Positions 29,080-41,533 of a DNA stretch of 64,000 bases are shown one piece after another. Numbering within the stretch: the first letter of the stretch is position 1; each line of letters opens with the position of its first letter. The stretch comes from the human T2T-CHM13v2.0 reference genome, Homo sapiens, in assembly GCF_009914755.1 (NCBI RefSeq), contig NC_060925.1; one strand, written 5' to 3'. The notes beneath the pieces are model-generated. The model searched no databases and had not been told where the DNA came from. It saw only the letters and a list, made by a program, of their open reading frames with translations. The position numbers were made by a program, and so were the translations under genes.

Positions 29080-29395
29080 ATCTAGGAATTAACAAACTTT
29101 TTACATAAAAGTAGAAGTAATAAACATTTCAAAATTAGCAGACCACATCTTTTCTATGACAGATACTGAACGCTGACATTGTCACACAAATGTTAGCTAT
29201 AGATGATACTTAAGTAAATGAGCATGACTGTGTTACAATAGAACTTAATTAATGAATACTGACATTACTTTTACGTAATTTTTATGTGTCACAAAATATT
29301 ATTATTCTTTTGAGTTTTTTCTAATTATCAAAATGTGCAAATGGAAAACAAATAGAAAGTCATCAGACATGTGAACCATACAAAAATAGGTGGCA
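29080..29395 (+). mobile_element. MER58B-like hAT DNA transposon, cut by the L1 insertion
   Basis: caaactttttacataaaag...gctatagatgatacttaagtaaatgagcatgactgtgttacaata...tgtcacaaaatattatt...ccatacaaaaataggtggc. Confidence 0.7.
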
Positions 29396-29397
29396 TT

Positions 29398-32080
29398 TAT
29401 GGAAAATACAGCCTCTCAAGATTGAGCCAGGAAGAAGCAAAAACCCTTAACAGACCAATAATGAGTAATGAAATGTAAACAGTAATCAAAAATCTCCCAA
29501 AGAAAGAAGCCCAGGATGAGATGGATTCATAGCTACATTTAACCAGAGATACAAACAAGAGCTTATACCAGCCTTACAGAAATTAAACAACAACAACAAC
29601 AAAAATGAGAAGGGATGACTCTCTAACTCATTCTAAAAAAAGGAAGATCACCCTGGTATGAAAATCAGTCAAGCACCAACCAAAAAAGAAAACTTTAGGC
29701 AGAGATCACTGATGAACATAGATTAAAAATCCTCAGCAAAATACCAGCAAACCAAATCCAGCAGCACATCAAAAAAATAATAACTACATCATGAACAAGT
29801 GGGTTTTATTCCAGGGCTGCATGGATGGTTCAATGAACACAAATCAATAAATGTCATTCACCACATAAACAGAGTTATAAACAAAAACCATAAGATTATC
29901 TCATTAGATAACTAAAAAGCATTTGATAAAATTCAATATCCATTCATGATAAAAACCCTCAACCATCTATTCATCAAAAGAACACGCTTCAAAATAATAA
30001 GAGCCATACACCACAAACCCACAGCTAACCTTGTACTGAATGGGGAAAAGTTGAAAGCATTTCCCCTAAGAAGTGGAACAAGACAGAGATGTCCACTGTC
30101 ACCATTCCTATTAAGCATTGTACTGGAGCAATGAGGCAAGAGAAAGAAATAAAATGCATTCAAATAGGAAAAGAGGAAATCAATTATCTCTGTTCACTGA
30201 GGTTGTGATTTTATACCTAGAAAACCCTAAAAACTCATCCAAATGACTTCTGTACTTAATAAATGACCTTAGTGATACAAGATCAACAAATATCAGTAGC
30301 ATTTTTATATAACAATAATGTTCAAGCTGAGAATCAAGAACTCAATTCCATTCACAATAGCCACACACAAAAACCAAAGAGGTAAAAGATCTCTATGAGG
30401 AGAACTACAAAATGCTGCTGAAAGAAATCATAGATGGCACAAACAAATAGATAAATCTCTCATGCTCATGGATTGGAATAATTGATATTATTTAAATGAC
30501 CATACTGCCCAAAGAAATCTACAGATTAAATGCAATTCTTATGAAGTTACCAACATCATTTTTACTGAATTATAAAAAGCAATCTTAAAAATAAAATGAA
30601 ACCGAGAAAAAGAGCCTGAATAGCCAAAGCAATCCTATGCAAAAAGAATAAAGCTGGAGGCATCACATCACCTGACTTTAATTATACTACAAGGCTATAG
30701 TAACCAAACCAGCATGGCACAAGCATAACAATAGACATATAGATGAATGGAACAGAATGGAGAGAATAGAGAACCCAGAAATCAAGTCATATACATCCAC
30801 CAACCAGTCTTCAACAAAGTCAACAAAAATATACAATGGAGAAAGTACTTCCGATTCAACAAATGCTGCTGGGAAAATTGGACAGACGTATTCAGAAGAA
30901 AAAATCTGGACCCTTATCTCTCACCATATAAAAATATTAACTCAAGATGGATTAAAGCCTTACACTTAAGACTTGAAACTACAAAAAATCCTAGAAGAAA
31001 CCTAGGACAACCTCTTTAGGACATTGGCTGAAACAAAGAATTAATGACTAAAACCCTAAAAGCAAATTCAATAAAGCAACAATGGATAAGTGGGGCTTCA
31101 TTAAACTAACAAGCTTATGCACAGCGAAATACATCAGCTGAGTAAATTGACAACTTACCACATGAAAGAACATATTTGCAAACTATGCATCTATTATAAC
31201 AGATGACTAATATTTAGAATCTACAAGGAACTCAAACAACTCAAAAAGAAAATGACAAATAACCCTTTTAAAAAGTGGGCAAAGGACATGAATAGGTACT
31301 TCTCAAAAGAAGATATACAAGTAGCAAACAAACATGAAAATATGCTCAGCATCACTACTAATCAGAGGAATGCAAATTAAAATAATAATGAAATATCATC
31401 TCACACCAATCAAGTTGGAAACTAACATATGTTGCCTAGGATGGGAGGAAAAAGGAATGTAAATTAGTACTACTTCACTGGAAAACAGATTTCTCAAACA
31501 GTTAATAATAGAAAGACCACCTGACCCACCAAACCCACTACTGGGCATCTACCCAAAGGAAAATAAGTCATTAAGTAAAAAAGACACCTGCACTTGTATA
31601 TTTACCACAGCACTATTCATAATAGCAAACTAATGAAATCAACCTAAGTATTCATCAACAGATGACTGGATAAAGGAAATGTGGTATGTATACACCATGG
31701 AATTCCATTTGGCCATAAAAAAGTATGAAAGCATGTCTTTGGCAGCAAAATGGATGAAGCTGGAAGCCATTATCCTAAGCGAAATAACTCAGAAACAGAA
31801 AAGCAAATACCACATGTTCTCCTTCGTAAGTAGTAGCTAAACAATGGATACATATGGACATTTACAAAGGGCAATAACAGACACTGGGGACTCCAAAAGG
31901 GCAGAAGGTGAGAAGGGGATGAGGGTTGAAAAATTGCCTGTTGGGTACAATATTCACTATTTGAGTGAATGATACACTAGAAGCTCAAACCCCACCACTA
32001 TGCAATATATCAGTGTCATAAACCTGCACAAGTACCCCCTGAATTCTTGAAATAAAAATATAAAGAAAAAAGATAAAAAT
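29398..32080 (+). mobile_element. 5'-truncated L1 (L1PA16/17-L1PB age), ORF2 RT domain to 3'UTR, inactive
   Basis: ORF 29946-30134 contains an L1 RT motif ([21 protein letters not shown]); 3'UTR gagggttgaaaaattgcctgttgggtac...aacctgcacaagtaccccctgaat; TSD aaaaataggtggcatt (29382-29397) / aaaaatgagtggcatt (32165-32180). Confidence 0.92.
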
Positions 32081-33729
32081 GGTCAAGACGAGAAAAGTAT
32101 AATCATCTATAAAGGATTTGAAAATACTGTTATCCTATCAATTAAAATAACCGCTAATTGTTTTAAAAATGAGTGGCATTCTAATAAGTAGATCTGATAA
32201 GTAGGGGAACCACACTGAAATTTGTACCAAATAAAGAGGAAAAGCTTCCCACTCCCTTTCTTCTGCAAAATGTTATCTTTAATTTCTTCTTCTGCTCACA
32301 CACCAGACAAATAACAGTCATCATTTCTTCTCTACTATAAATAAATATTTCTAGTTATGGTAAGATTAATGTATTTTGATTTAAACCCCTCTTTTTATTA
32401 ACTAAATTTTAGCTTATAGATAAAACTACATCTTCTTTCCTTCTAACATTTAGAAATCTATGATTTGTATCTTAAGTAAAATATTGGAAATGACAACCAC
32501 AATACATACATTTTTAAAAATTGGTGCCATCAAAAGCATTTGGAAACAAAAAAAGCTCCTAAAACCAGCAAAACTATATACTAGTTAAAAATTATTAAAT
32601 ATACACAAAAATAGAAAATAGAGATTTAATTTAGAATTCTTTCACTATCAATCTAATAAAAGGTCATCATAATTGGAATATAAATGCTACTATGGCACTA
32701 GTAGAAGAAAGAAATTTTAAATAACACTTTTATCAAGTATTAATTTTTATTTCCAATTAGAGATAAACTTTTTTAAATCATAGTTCTATGGTGTTACAAA
32801 AATAAAACTGTCAAATATATTTAATGAAATAAATAGGCTATCAAAAATATTATATCAGGCAATAATGGTGTCAATGCAAACCCGTTAAGAATCACAGCAG
32901 TATTTGAAGTTGCTGTCTTTTAAATTCAGTTTAGTCCAGAAGGACATTTAGGAGGTCTAGAAAGAGATTAGGGCAATTATGTATGCCAAGTACATAAATG
33001 TCAACAGCAATTTAGAACAAGAGTGGATTGTGAGAATGTTTCCAGTTCAATATTTTACTCCGAAGGCAAATCATTGGTATGATATTTTTGCAACAGGGAG
33101 TCCAAAGAAAATACACTGAGGAGATAAACAAATAAGTATACTCAATGGAAAGGTTTTAAAATAAGAGATTCCATTGGTTATTTGATTCACAGACAATTCC
33201 CATAGAGCTATAAGAATTTTGTGTTTTCCTAGAAAGTCACATATTTGATGAAGCTTTGTTGTTTTCTGTGTCCTTAACAAATGACATTCAGTAATGTGGA
33301 TTCCTCTTAGGTGTTCTGTAACTCTCTATCACTATATATGAATTTCATTTTAAAACTTAGGCAGGATATCTATTGGATACTGCTCTACACTTGACCACTA
33401 TTTTCTAGGTATGGAATTTCCAAGGTAAGTACCACACACAAAAGTTGAAATTCAAGATCACTGATGAGAGGTATAATCATCATTATATTCTCAAAACCTA
33501 CCAGTATGCTTTACAAATAGATAGTATCTGTTAATATCTGTTGAATTAATAGAGCTGTACCAGACAATATTCACTTGAGTTGTAAATGTATTTGAAAAGC
33601 CAGTTCAAAGCGTTATTGTAATGAAAGGCTGAGAATAGCTCTTTTGTGAAACTATTCCATATACAAAAATGAGTAATTCAGGAAGCTATAAGTGTTTTAT
33701 GAATAAAATATGCATTCTCACTTACTGTT

Positions 33730-33830
33730 TATTCTATCTTTCTTTGTATCAACTGTCTATCTGTCTATCTATCTACCATCTATCTATCTTCTGTCATCTA
33801 TCTATTTACCTATCTACCTACCTATTTATC
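33730..33830. repeat. Degenerate (TCTA)n
   Basis: tctatctgtctatctatctaccatctatctatc. Confidence 0.8.
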
Positions 33831-34499
33831 ATTATTTTCTTCTTCTTCTGTATATCTAGATCTTTAAAACCTAGTGCATTATATTAGATTTGAGGGAAAG
33901 TTAATGTCACCCACCTGGCATCTTTGTATACTTAAGATCCAACTATTCTTTCGACTGTCATAGGGGAAAAAGTGCACACAAGACCTAATTCCATAGGTGA
34001 TAACAATAGAATTACAACACAACAATCATTGCTGGAGGCTTAGCATTATCATATATTATTTGGTTGCAGCCCCTTCACTGGATTTTTTTAACAAAATATA
34101 ATAAAACATATTTTAGTGACCAAATCTTAGGATAGTATGCATTATAACTGAAATGGTATAGAAATTCATTTTTTCCTTAAAAAATCATAAATTATTTCAT
34201 TTTTATTCTTATTTTGCTATAAGGCTATCTTTAATGCATATTAGACAAATTAAATAAATTTTTATATTTTTAAGATTCTATATTTAAGCTTTTCGGTTAA
34301 AAGTTTAGAACAAATACAGTGGTTACCAACACAATGAAGTCAGATGTTGGGTGTTAGTTTAAGTGTTTATTGTTGCTTAGTGAGGGGCAATACCCAGGTA
34401 CAGTTTTCTGTGATTTTTTTAAATGAAAAATATTTATGTTTTCCTTGGGAACCTTAAAATAATATCTTATAAACCATGGAATGCCTGATTCTGATTGTA

Positions 34500-34908
34500 A
34501 CTCTATTAATTACCCATTGCTGCCGTTACATTGTTGCTATAACAAATTTAGTGCTTTAAAACCTCACAAATTTGTTATCTTACAATAAAAAAGGTCAGAA
34601 GTCCAAAATATGTCTCAATGGGCTTTAACCAAATTATTGGCAGGGTTACATTTATTCCAGAGGATCTAGGGTAGAATTCATTTCCTTGCCCTTTCCAGCT
34701 TCCAGAGGCTATCCACATTCCTTTGTTCAGTCTGACCTCTGCTTCTGTCATCATATCTCCTTCTGTGACTCTGACCTTGCTTTTTCCATCTGTCATTTGT
34801 AATTACCCTTTTGATCACATTGCCCCCCCACCCACTCACCCCCAATAATCCAATCTAATCTCTCCATTGCAAGATCCTTACTTTTATCACATTTTGCCAT
34901 GTATGTTT

Positions 34909-34941
<33 letters not shown>

Positions 34942-35097
34942 GACACAGACACAGATATATAATTTACGTACATCTTGTACATTTTGTGTATATGTAAGTT
35001 TTATGAATTAGAATGTGTATATATAAGTTTCAGGAATTAGATTGTGTATATATAGGTTTCAGGAATTAGAATGTTAGCCATTATTCTGCCTAACATA
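34500..35097 (-). mobile_element. MaLR LTR (MLT1D-like) with internal (CA)n and a 3x29-bp repeat
   Basis: ggtcagaagtccaaaat...tttccttgccctttccagcttccagaggct...gccattattctgccta. Confidence 0.8.
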
Positions 35098-35249
35098 GGA
35101 ATCTAATAAAATGATTTTCAAATGTAATTTAGTTTTATCTCACTGTAGTATAGATTAATTTGGTAAGGTTTATTATTCAGAGAGAACAGGGTAAAATAGT
35201 ACTAAGATTAGATATATTTTTCAACCTGCCAATTAGGATATAGCTCCGT

Positions 35250-37930
35250 GAAGTAAGAAATATTGATCTTTCCTTTTTTGTAATGTCTCTGCCAGGTTTT
35301 GGGATTCAGAATATACTTGGCTCTTTAACAAGTTGAAAAGTGTACCCTCTTCCTCTATTTTCTGAAAGTGTATGTGTAACTTTGAGAAACATTTGATAAA
35401 AATTGTCAGGGAAACTAGTGTAACTGAAAGTTTCTTTGTGAGAAAGTTTTTTATTGTAAGTTAAACTTTGCACTTCATGATTATTCAGATTTTATTTTTT
35501 GAATTACATTTTGTACAGGAATTTTGTCTGTTTCATTAAAAGTGGCAAATGTATTGGCTAAAATTGTTTATGTCATTCTTTTTATGTATTTAGGATCAGG
35601 AGTGTTTCTCCTCTTTCTTACCTGATATTAGAAGTTTTTTTGTTATATATATTTTCACTAAATAGTTTACCTAGGGGTTAATTGTATTTACTAATTGCTT
35701 CAATTTAATTTTTTTGTTTCATTGATTTTCTCTATTATTGGTCCAATTTATATTCTATTTATTTCTAATATTTATTACATCCTGAATTTTACTTATTTTG
35801 GATTTTTTTCTAACTTAATAAAGAGAAAACTTCATTCATTGATTGTGGACCTTAATTCATTTATAATTATAAGCATTTTATCTATAAATTTCTGTATAAG
35901 CACTGTTTAGAAATCATAATTTTGATATATCATATTTGTGTGTTTGCTACAAAACACTTTTTAATAAAACATAAAGTTATATTTTATAATTTCTGATGTT
36001 ATTTCTTTTTTGACATATGAGTTATGCAGTAGTGTGTCATTTAATTTCTAATATCTGGCCCAAAATTTTTCTATTATCAGTTCTGGTTTAATTCTGCTGT
36101 GATTGGTAAACACATTTTGTATGATTTTGATATTTGAAAGCTATCAATACCTTTTTAAAGACACAAAAATTGGTCTACCATGGTAAATGTTTTATGCACA
36201 TTGAAAAAAATATGACTGGTAGATTTTTCTATAACTATTAGTCAGGACAAGGTGGTTGATAGTGTTGTCCAACTTTTCAATACTTTTACTCATTTTCTGA
36301 CTAATTGTTAGGTCACTTTTTCTTTACGGAGTTTCAATTTCATTTATTAGATGCACACACATTTACGATTATTAAATTATCGCAATCAGTTTGTCACTCT
36401 CATTAGGAAATGCTTTTCTTTCCCCATGGTAATATTTCTTGTTCAGAATTCTACTTTATATTAATTACCCTAGCTTTCTGCTGACTGATGCTTGCATGGT
36501 ATATGTTCTCCTATTTATTGACTTATAACCTATGTATGTCTTTATATTAAAGTCAGTTTCTTGTAGATAGTACACAGTTGGATGTCACTTCTTTCTCTTG
36601 CATAATGTGTCAATCTCTCTTTTTAATTGAAGTAGTCAGACATTTTACATTTAATATAACAATATGATTGGGTTTAAATTCTTTATGTTGCCGTTTGTTT
36701 TCTATTTGTACTTTTTCATTTCTTTTTCATTTTTTCTGATGTATTTTGAGTTTTATAAATGAGTTTATTGACTTAGTGTTGTCACCTTCAATTAGATTGA
36801 ATATTTTTAATGCCATCTTTGCTTAATAATATTATTTCTAGTGGTTGCCCTTGGATTCACAACATAGAACTTTAACTTATTACTGTCCATCTTGAAGTAC
36901 TATTATATCACACTGCATGTAACATAGAAACCTTGTCAAAGTATATATTGAATTCATCTGTTGTTTATTATTCTCAAATAATTTACTTGTACTTCTTTGA
37001 TAAAACATGAAATAAAGTATTAATATTTTTACTGTAAAGTCTCAGTTATGTTTAAATTAAAAATGTGAGAAAAAAGCATTTTTAGTTACCCACACGTTTA
37101 CTATTTCTGGTCCTTTTTATTCCATTCTATAGATGTAAGTTTCCATTCGATATTATTCTAACTAAAAAACTTGTTTTAACATTTCTTGTAATGCATACAG
37201 CCTGATGACAAATTTCCCCAGGTTTTGTTTTTCTGAAAATGGATCTGCTTCACTTTGTGTAGGTTAGCAGTTTATTTTTTCTCTCAGTGTTTTAAGTATA
37301 TCATTCCTTTGTATTCTAGCTTTCACAGGTTCTAATAAGAAATCTGATGTCATATTAGTAATCTTTGATCCTCTTTACATCAGTAACTCTTTTTGTGGCT
37401 GTTTTAAGATGTTTTTCTTAACATCCAAATTATCACTGATTTGGTGGAATTTATAAAGTGTCTTCGTATGCAATTTTTTTGTGCTTATTCTACTTGAAAT
37501 ACATTGAACCTCTTGGATTTCTTTGTTTATGGGTTTCATTCATGTTGGAAGGTTTTCAACTATCATTTCCTATTTTTCTATTTCTTCCCTCCTGAAACTA
37601 CATTTACATGAAACTTAGACATTGGTCATTAAAACACTGGGGATGTTTTGTTTGTTTATTTGCTCTATTTTTAATTCTAGGCAGTTTTTATTGCTAATTT
37701 TCAACTACACTATTTACTTTTCATTGAAAAAAATTGTGTTTAATCTGTTGTTAATTACAACCAGAGACATTCTATTTCAAAGATTGTATTATCTCTAATT
37801 TACATCAATTTTTATATGTTGCAGTCTTCTCCTTACCATTCTCTTGTTTTGCTTTATGTACTTTAACATGATTGTAATAACTGCTTTAATGTATTTTACT
37901 GCTATTTCCATTACATCTACTATATTGTTT
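35250..37930 (-). mobile_element. Ancient L1M/L1ME (5' ORF2 and ORF1 region)
   Basis: ccaggttttgggattcag...ccctcttcctctattttctgaaag...gtttcttgtagatagtacacagttgg...ttttacatttaatataac. Confidence 0.7.
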
Positions 37931-37949
37931 GTTTGATTTCTTTGTTTAA

Positions 37950-38218
37950 ATATACTTTTATTGATTTAGGGGGTAAAAGTATAATTTTGTTACATGGATT
38001 TATTGTGTCGTGGTAAAGTCTGGACTTGCAGAGTACCCAGCACCCAAATAGTGAACATTGCACCTGATAGGTAGTTTTTCAGCACTCATCTCCCTTCCAT
38101 CCTACCCCATTTTTGCAGTCTCCAATATCTCTTATTCCCTTCTGTATGTCTATGTGTATACATTGTTTTGCTCCCACTTATAAGTGAAAACATGAGTTAT
38201 TTGATATTGTTTCTGTTT
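37950..38218 (-). mobile_element. L1PB-like 3' end
   Basis: tttagggggtaaaagtataattttgttacatgg...cacccaaatagtgaacattg...cccacttataagtgaaaacatg. Confidence 0.8.
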
Positions 38219-38249
38219 TCTTTTCATTAAATTCAGTTATATTAAAAAT

Positions 38250-38460
38250 GAGCCAATGTAACTCACCACATAACAGATCAAAAGACAAAAAGACATCATC
38301 ATTTCAATAGATTCAAAAAAATTGTTAGACAAAATCCAGTAAACTTATGAAAACTTCTGGAACTCTAGGAATAGAAGTGAATTTTTTCAAACTGATAAAA
38401 GGCATCTACAATAGAACCTATAGGTGATATATAGTGGATATTATACTTAACTGTGAAAGA
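38250..38460 (+). mobile_element. Old L1 ORF2 fragment
   Basis: aatgtaactcaccacataacag...tttcaatagat...ctaggaatagaag...ctgataaaaggcatctac. Confidence 0.65.
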
Positions 38461-38581
38461 AAGTATTCAGATCACGTGTAACTTCTTATTGAATTCTTCA
38501 GTCTTATGTCATCTAATCTAAGTTTATAAGTAGTTTGTTGATTACTGGGAATTTGACTGGGATTCTGCTCAATCTATAGAT

Positions 38582-38617
38582 CATTAGAAATAACATTAGA
38601 AATAACATTAGAAATAA
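38582..38617. repeat. 3x12-bp perfect tandem repeat (cattagaaataa)
   Basis: cattagaaataa cattagaaataa cattagaaataa. Confidence 0.9.
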
Positions 38618-38861
38618 TTGTCCTTTAACAGTGAGTGTACTCTTCCTGAACAAGAGATGTTTCTGCATTTATTTATATTTATTGATCTCTATCCTTTTCA
38701 AGGTTTTCTCAATGCACATTTGTTGTTTTAATAAGAGGCAAATAATTATTTTTTATGATTTTTATATATGTATTTGTATGTGTGTGTGTGTATTCATATG
38801 TATACACACTTGTATTTAATCAGGGCATTAAAACATGCAAGGGGGATGGGGGCATGTTTTC

Positions 38862-39398
38862 CCAATTTTTTAAGAATTATAGATTCAGGGAGTACATGTG
38901 CAGGCTTGTAGCATGAATACATCACATAATGTTAAAGTTTCATCTTCTGGTGTACCTATCACCCAAATAGTGAACATTGTACCCAATAGATGAATTTTCA
39001 ACTATTCCACCCTCCCTACTTTTGAAATCCCTGGTATCTAATATTTGTAACTTTATGTCTATGTATGTCCATTGTTTAGGTCCCATTTACTTATAAGGAA
39101 GAACATCTGATATAAGGAAGAATATTTGATTTTCTAAGTTATTTCACTTAGCATAACAGCCACCAGCTCTGTCCATGTTGCTGCAGAAGACAGGATGTAA
39201 TTCTTCATTGTGGCTGTGTAGTATTCCATAGTGTACATAATTATTCTTTATTATGACTGCGTAATATTCCATGATATATATGTATCACATTTCTTTAATC
39301 CAGTGATCTGTTGATGGACACGTAGGTTGATTCCCTGACTTTCCTATTGTGAACAGTTCTGTGAGAAACACATGAGTACAAGCGTCTTTCTAATACAA
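38862..39398 (-). mobile_element. L1PA16/17-like 3' end
   Basis: gattcagggagtacatgtgcagg...atcacccaaatagtgaacattgtacccaatag...gttgatggacacgtaggttgattcc. Confidence 0.8.
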
Positions 39399-39546
39399 CA
39401 TATGCATTGGGTTACAGTTTCCAGTTTTGACATATCTATTAATTTTATTAGGTGTTAGAAATATTAATATTCTAACATCTATCTGACAAAACAAAATTAA
39501 GTACTTGAATGCATTTGTATAAAGGTAATTATTGACATAATGTATA

Positions 39547-39702
39547 TAGACAGTTCCTTACAGTCCTTTGACTTATAATTTTTCCACTTTAAAATGGGAT
39601 TCGCCAGGTATTTAAATACATTTTTGACTCACTATACTTCAAATTAATGATGATTTTACTGGGACATGCACCCCCCCCACCCCATAATTTGAGGAGTGTC
39701 TG
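39547..39702. mobile_element. Tigger4/MER46-like short DNA transposon
   Basis: tttgacttataatttttccacttt...ttaaatacatttttgact...gggacatg...tgaggagtgtctg followed by TA. Confidence 0.55.
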
Positions 39703-39823
39703 TATAGTGTAAAAAAGTGAAGACAAAATTAACATCTATCCAGAGGTAAATGATTGAATGCATTTTGTCTGGTTTTTGTTTTATTTCCTTTAAAGAGGTT
39801 TGGCATTGTTTAAGAAGGCAGGT

Positions 39824-40752
39824 AAAATTTTTGCAATCTACTCATCTGACAAAGGGCTAATATCCAGAATCTACAATGAACACAAACAAATTTACAAGAA
39901 AAAAACAAACAGCCCCATCAAAAAGTGGGCAAAGGATATGAACAGACACTTCTCAAAAGAAGACATTTATGCAGCCAAAAGACACATGAAAAAATGCTCA
40001 TCATTACTGGCCATCAGAGAAATGCAAATCAAAACCACAATGAGATACCATCTCACACCAGTTAGAATGGTGATCATTAAAAATTCAGGAAACAACAGGT
40101 GCTGGAGAGGATGTGGAGAAATAGGAACACTTTTACACTGTTGGTGGGAATGTAAACTAGTTTGACCATTGGGGAAGTCAGTGTGGCGATTCCTCAAGGA
40201 TCTAGAACTAGAAATACCATTTGACCCAGCCATTCCATTACTGGGTATATACCCAAAGGATTATAAATCCTGCTGCTATAAAGACACATGCACACATATG
40301 TTTATTGTGGCACTATTCGCAATAGCAAAGACTTGGAACCAACCCAAATGTCCATCAATGATAGACTGGATTAAGAAAATGTGGCACATATACACCATGG
40401 AATACTATGCAGCCATAAAAAATGATGAGTTCATGTCCTTTGTAGGGACATGGATGAAGCTGGAAACCATCATTCTCAGCAAACTATCGCAAGGACAAAA
40501 AACAAAACACCACATGTTCTCACTCATAGGTGGGAATTGAACAATGAGAACACATGGACAGAGGAAGGGGAACATCACACACTGGGGCCTGTTATGGGGT
40601 GGGGGGAGGTGGGAGGGATAGCATTAGGAGATATACTTCATGCTAAATGACGAGTTACTGGGTGCAGCACACCAATATGGCACATGTATACAAATGTAAC
40701 AAACCTGCACATTGTGCACATGTACCCTAAAACTTAAAGTATAATAAAAAAA
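39824..40752 (+). mobile_element. 5'-truncated L1PA3/4-like LINE-1 with perfect TSD
   Basis: ORFs 39800-40165 and 40169-40540 give the ORF2 C-terminus ([18 protein letters not shown]...MFSLIGGN) broken near 40163; TSD aagaaggcaggtaa at 39812-39825 and 40753-40766. Confidence 0.96.
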
Positions 40753-41225
40753 AAGAAGGCAGGTAACTAAAATGAATTTTACTCTTTTAAAGAAGCTTGT
40801 TTTGAACTTTATCACAACAGTGAAAAGCAGCTTAATTGCTTGGGCTGATTTAGCATCACAGCCAAGCTGTGGTTATGATGACTCTGTTGAATGCCCTGAA
40901 TGATTAATGAGGATTTTCAAATTTGACTAGTCAGAACTCATATATATTCTCTTCCTTTGGAACACTGAAAACTGTTCAGCTCACATCTCCCTGGCCATTG
41001 TTTGCTCCACCACACAAAATTTCATGGTATACATGTAAGTTTTGGTATTCAGCAAAGACATAATGGTACTTGTGGAAAATTTCTGTTTTCCACAAACAGA
41101 AGGGCATCTCAAACTCTGCCCTTCTACTTCCAGCCATACCAGCTTACCTGAAAGGTAATATGTATTACCTTCTCCAAATGACATTGTCATAGAGTGCCTG
41201 GGGTTTCTTGTTTTTTACTGTAGAA

Positions 41226-41533
41226 TTTTTTATTATTATTATTATACTTTAAATTCTGGGGTACATGTGCAGAACGTGCAGGTTTGTTACATAGGTATAC
41301 ACGTGCCATGGAGGTTTGCTGCACCCATCACCTACATTAGGTATTTCTCCTAATGTTTTCCCTCCCCTAGCTTCCCACCCTGGACAGGCCCCAGTGTGTG
41401 ATATTTCCCTCCCTATGTCCATGTGTTATCATTCTTCAACTCCCACTTATGAGTGAAAACATGCCGTGTTCAGTTTTCTGTTCGTGTGATAGTTTGCTGA
41501 GAATGGTGGTTTCCAGCTTCATCCATGTCCCTG
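41226..41533 (-). mobile_element. L1PA7-like 3' end
   Basis: ttatactttaaattctggggtacatgtgcagaacgtgcaggtttgttacataggtatacacgtgccatgg...ccagcttcatccatgtccctg. Confidence 0.92.

Noticed and set aside
39800-40540. Two consecutive ~120-aa ORFs
   Set aside because: L1 ORF2 C-terminus broken near 40163; 5'-truncated with no promoter.
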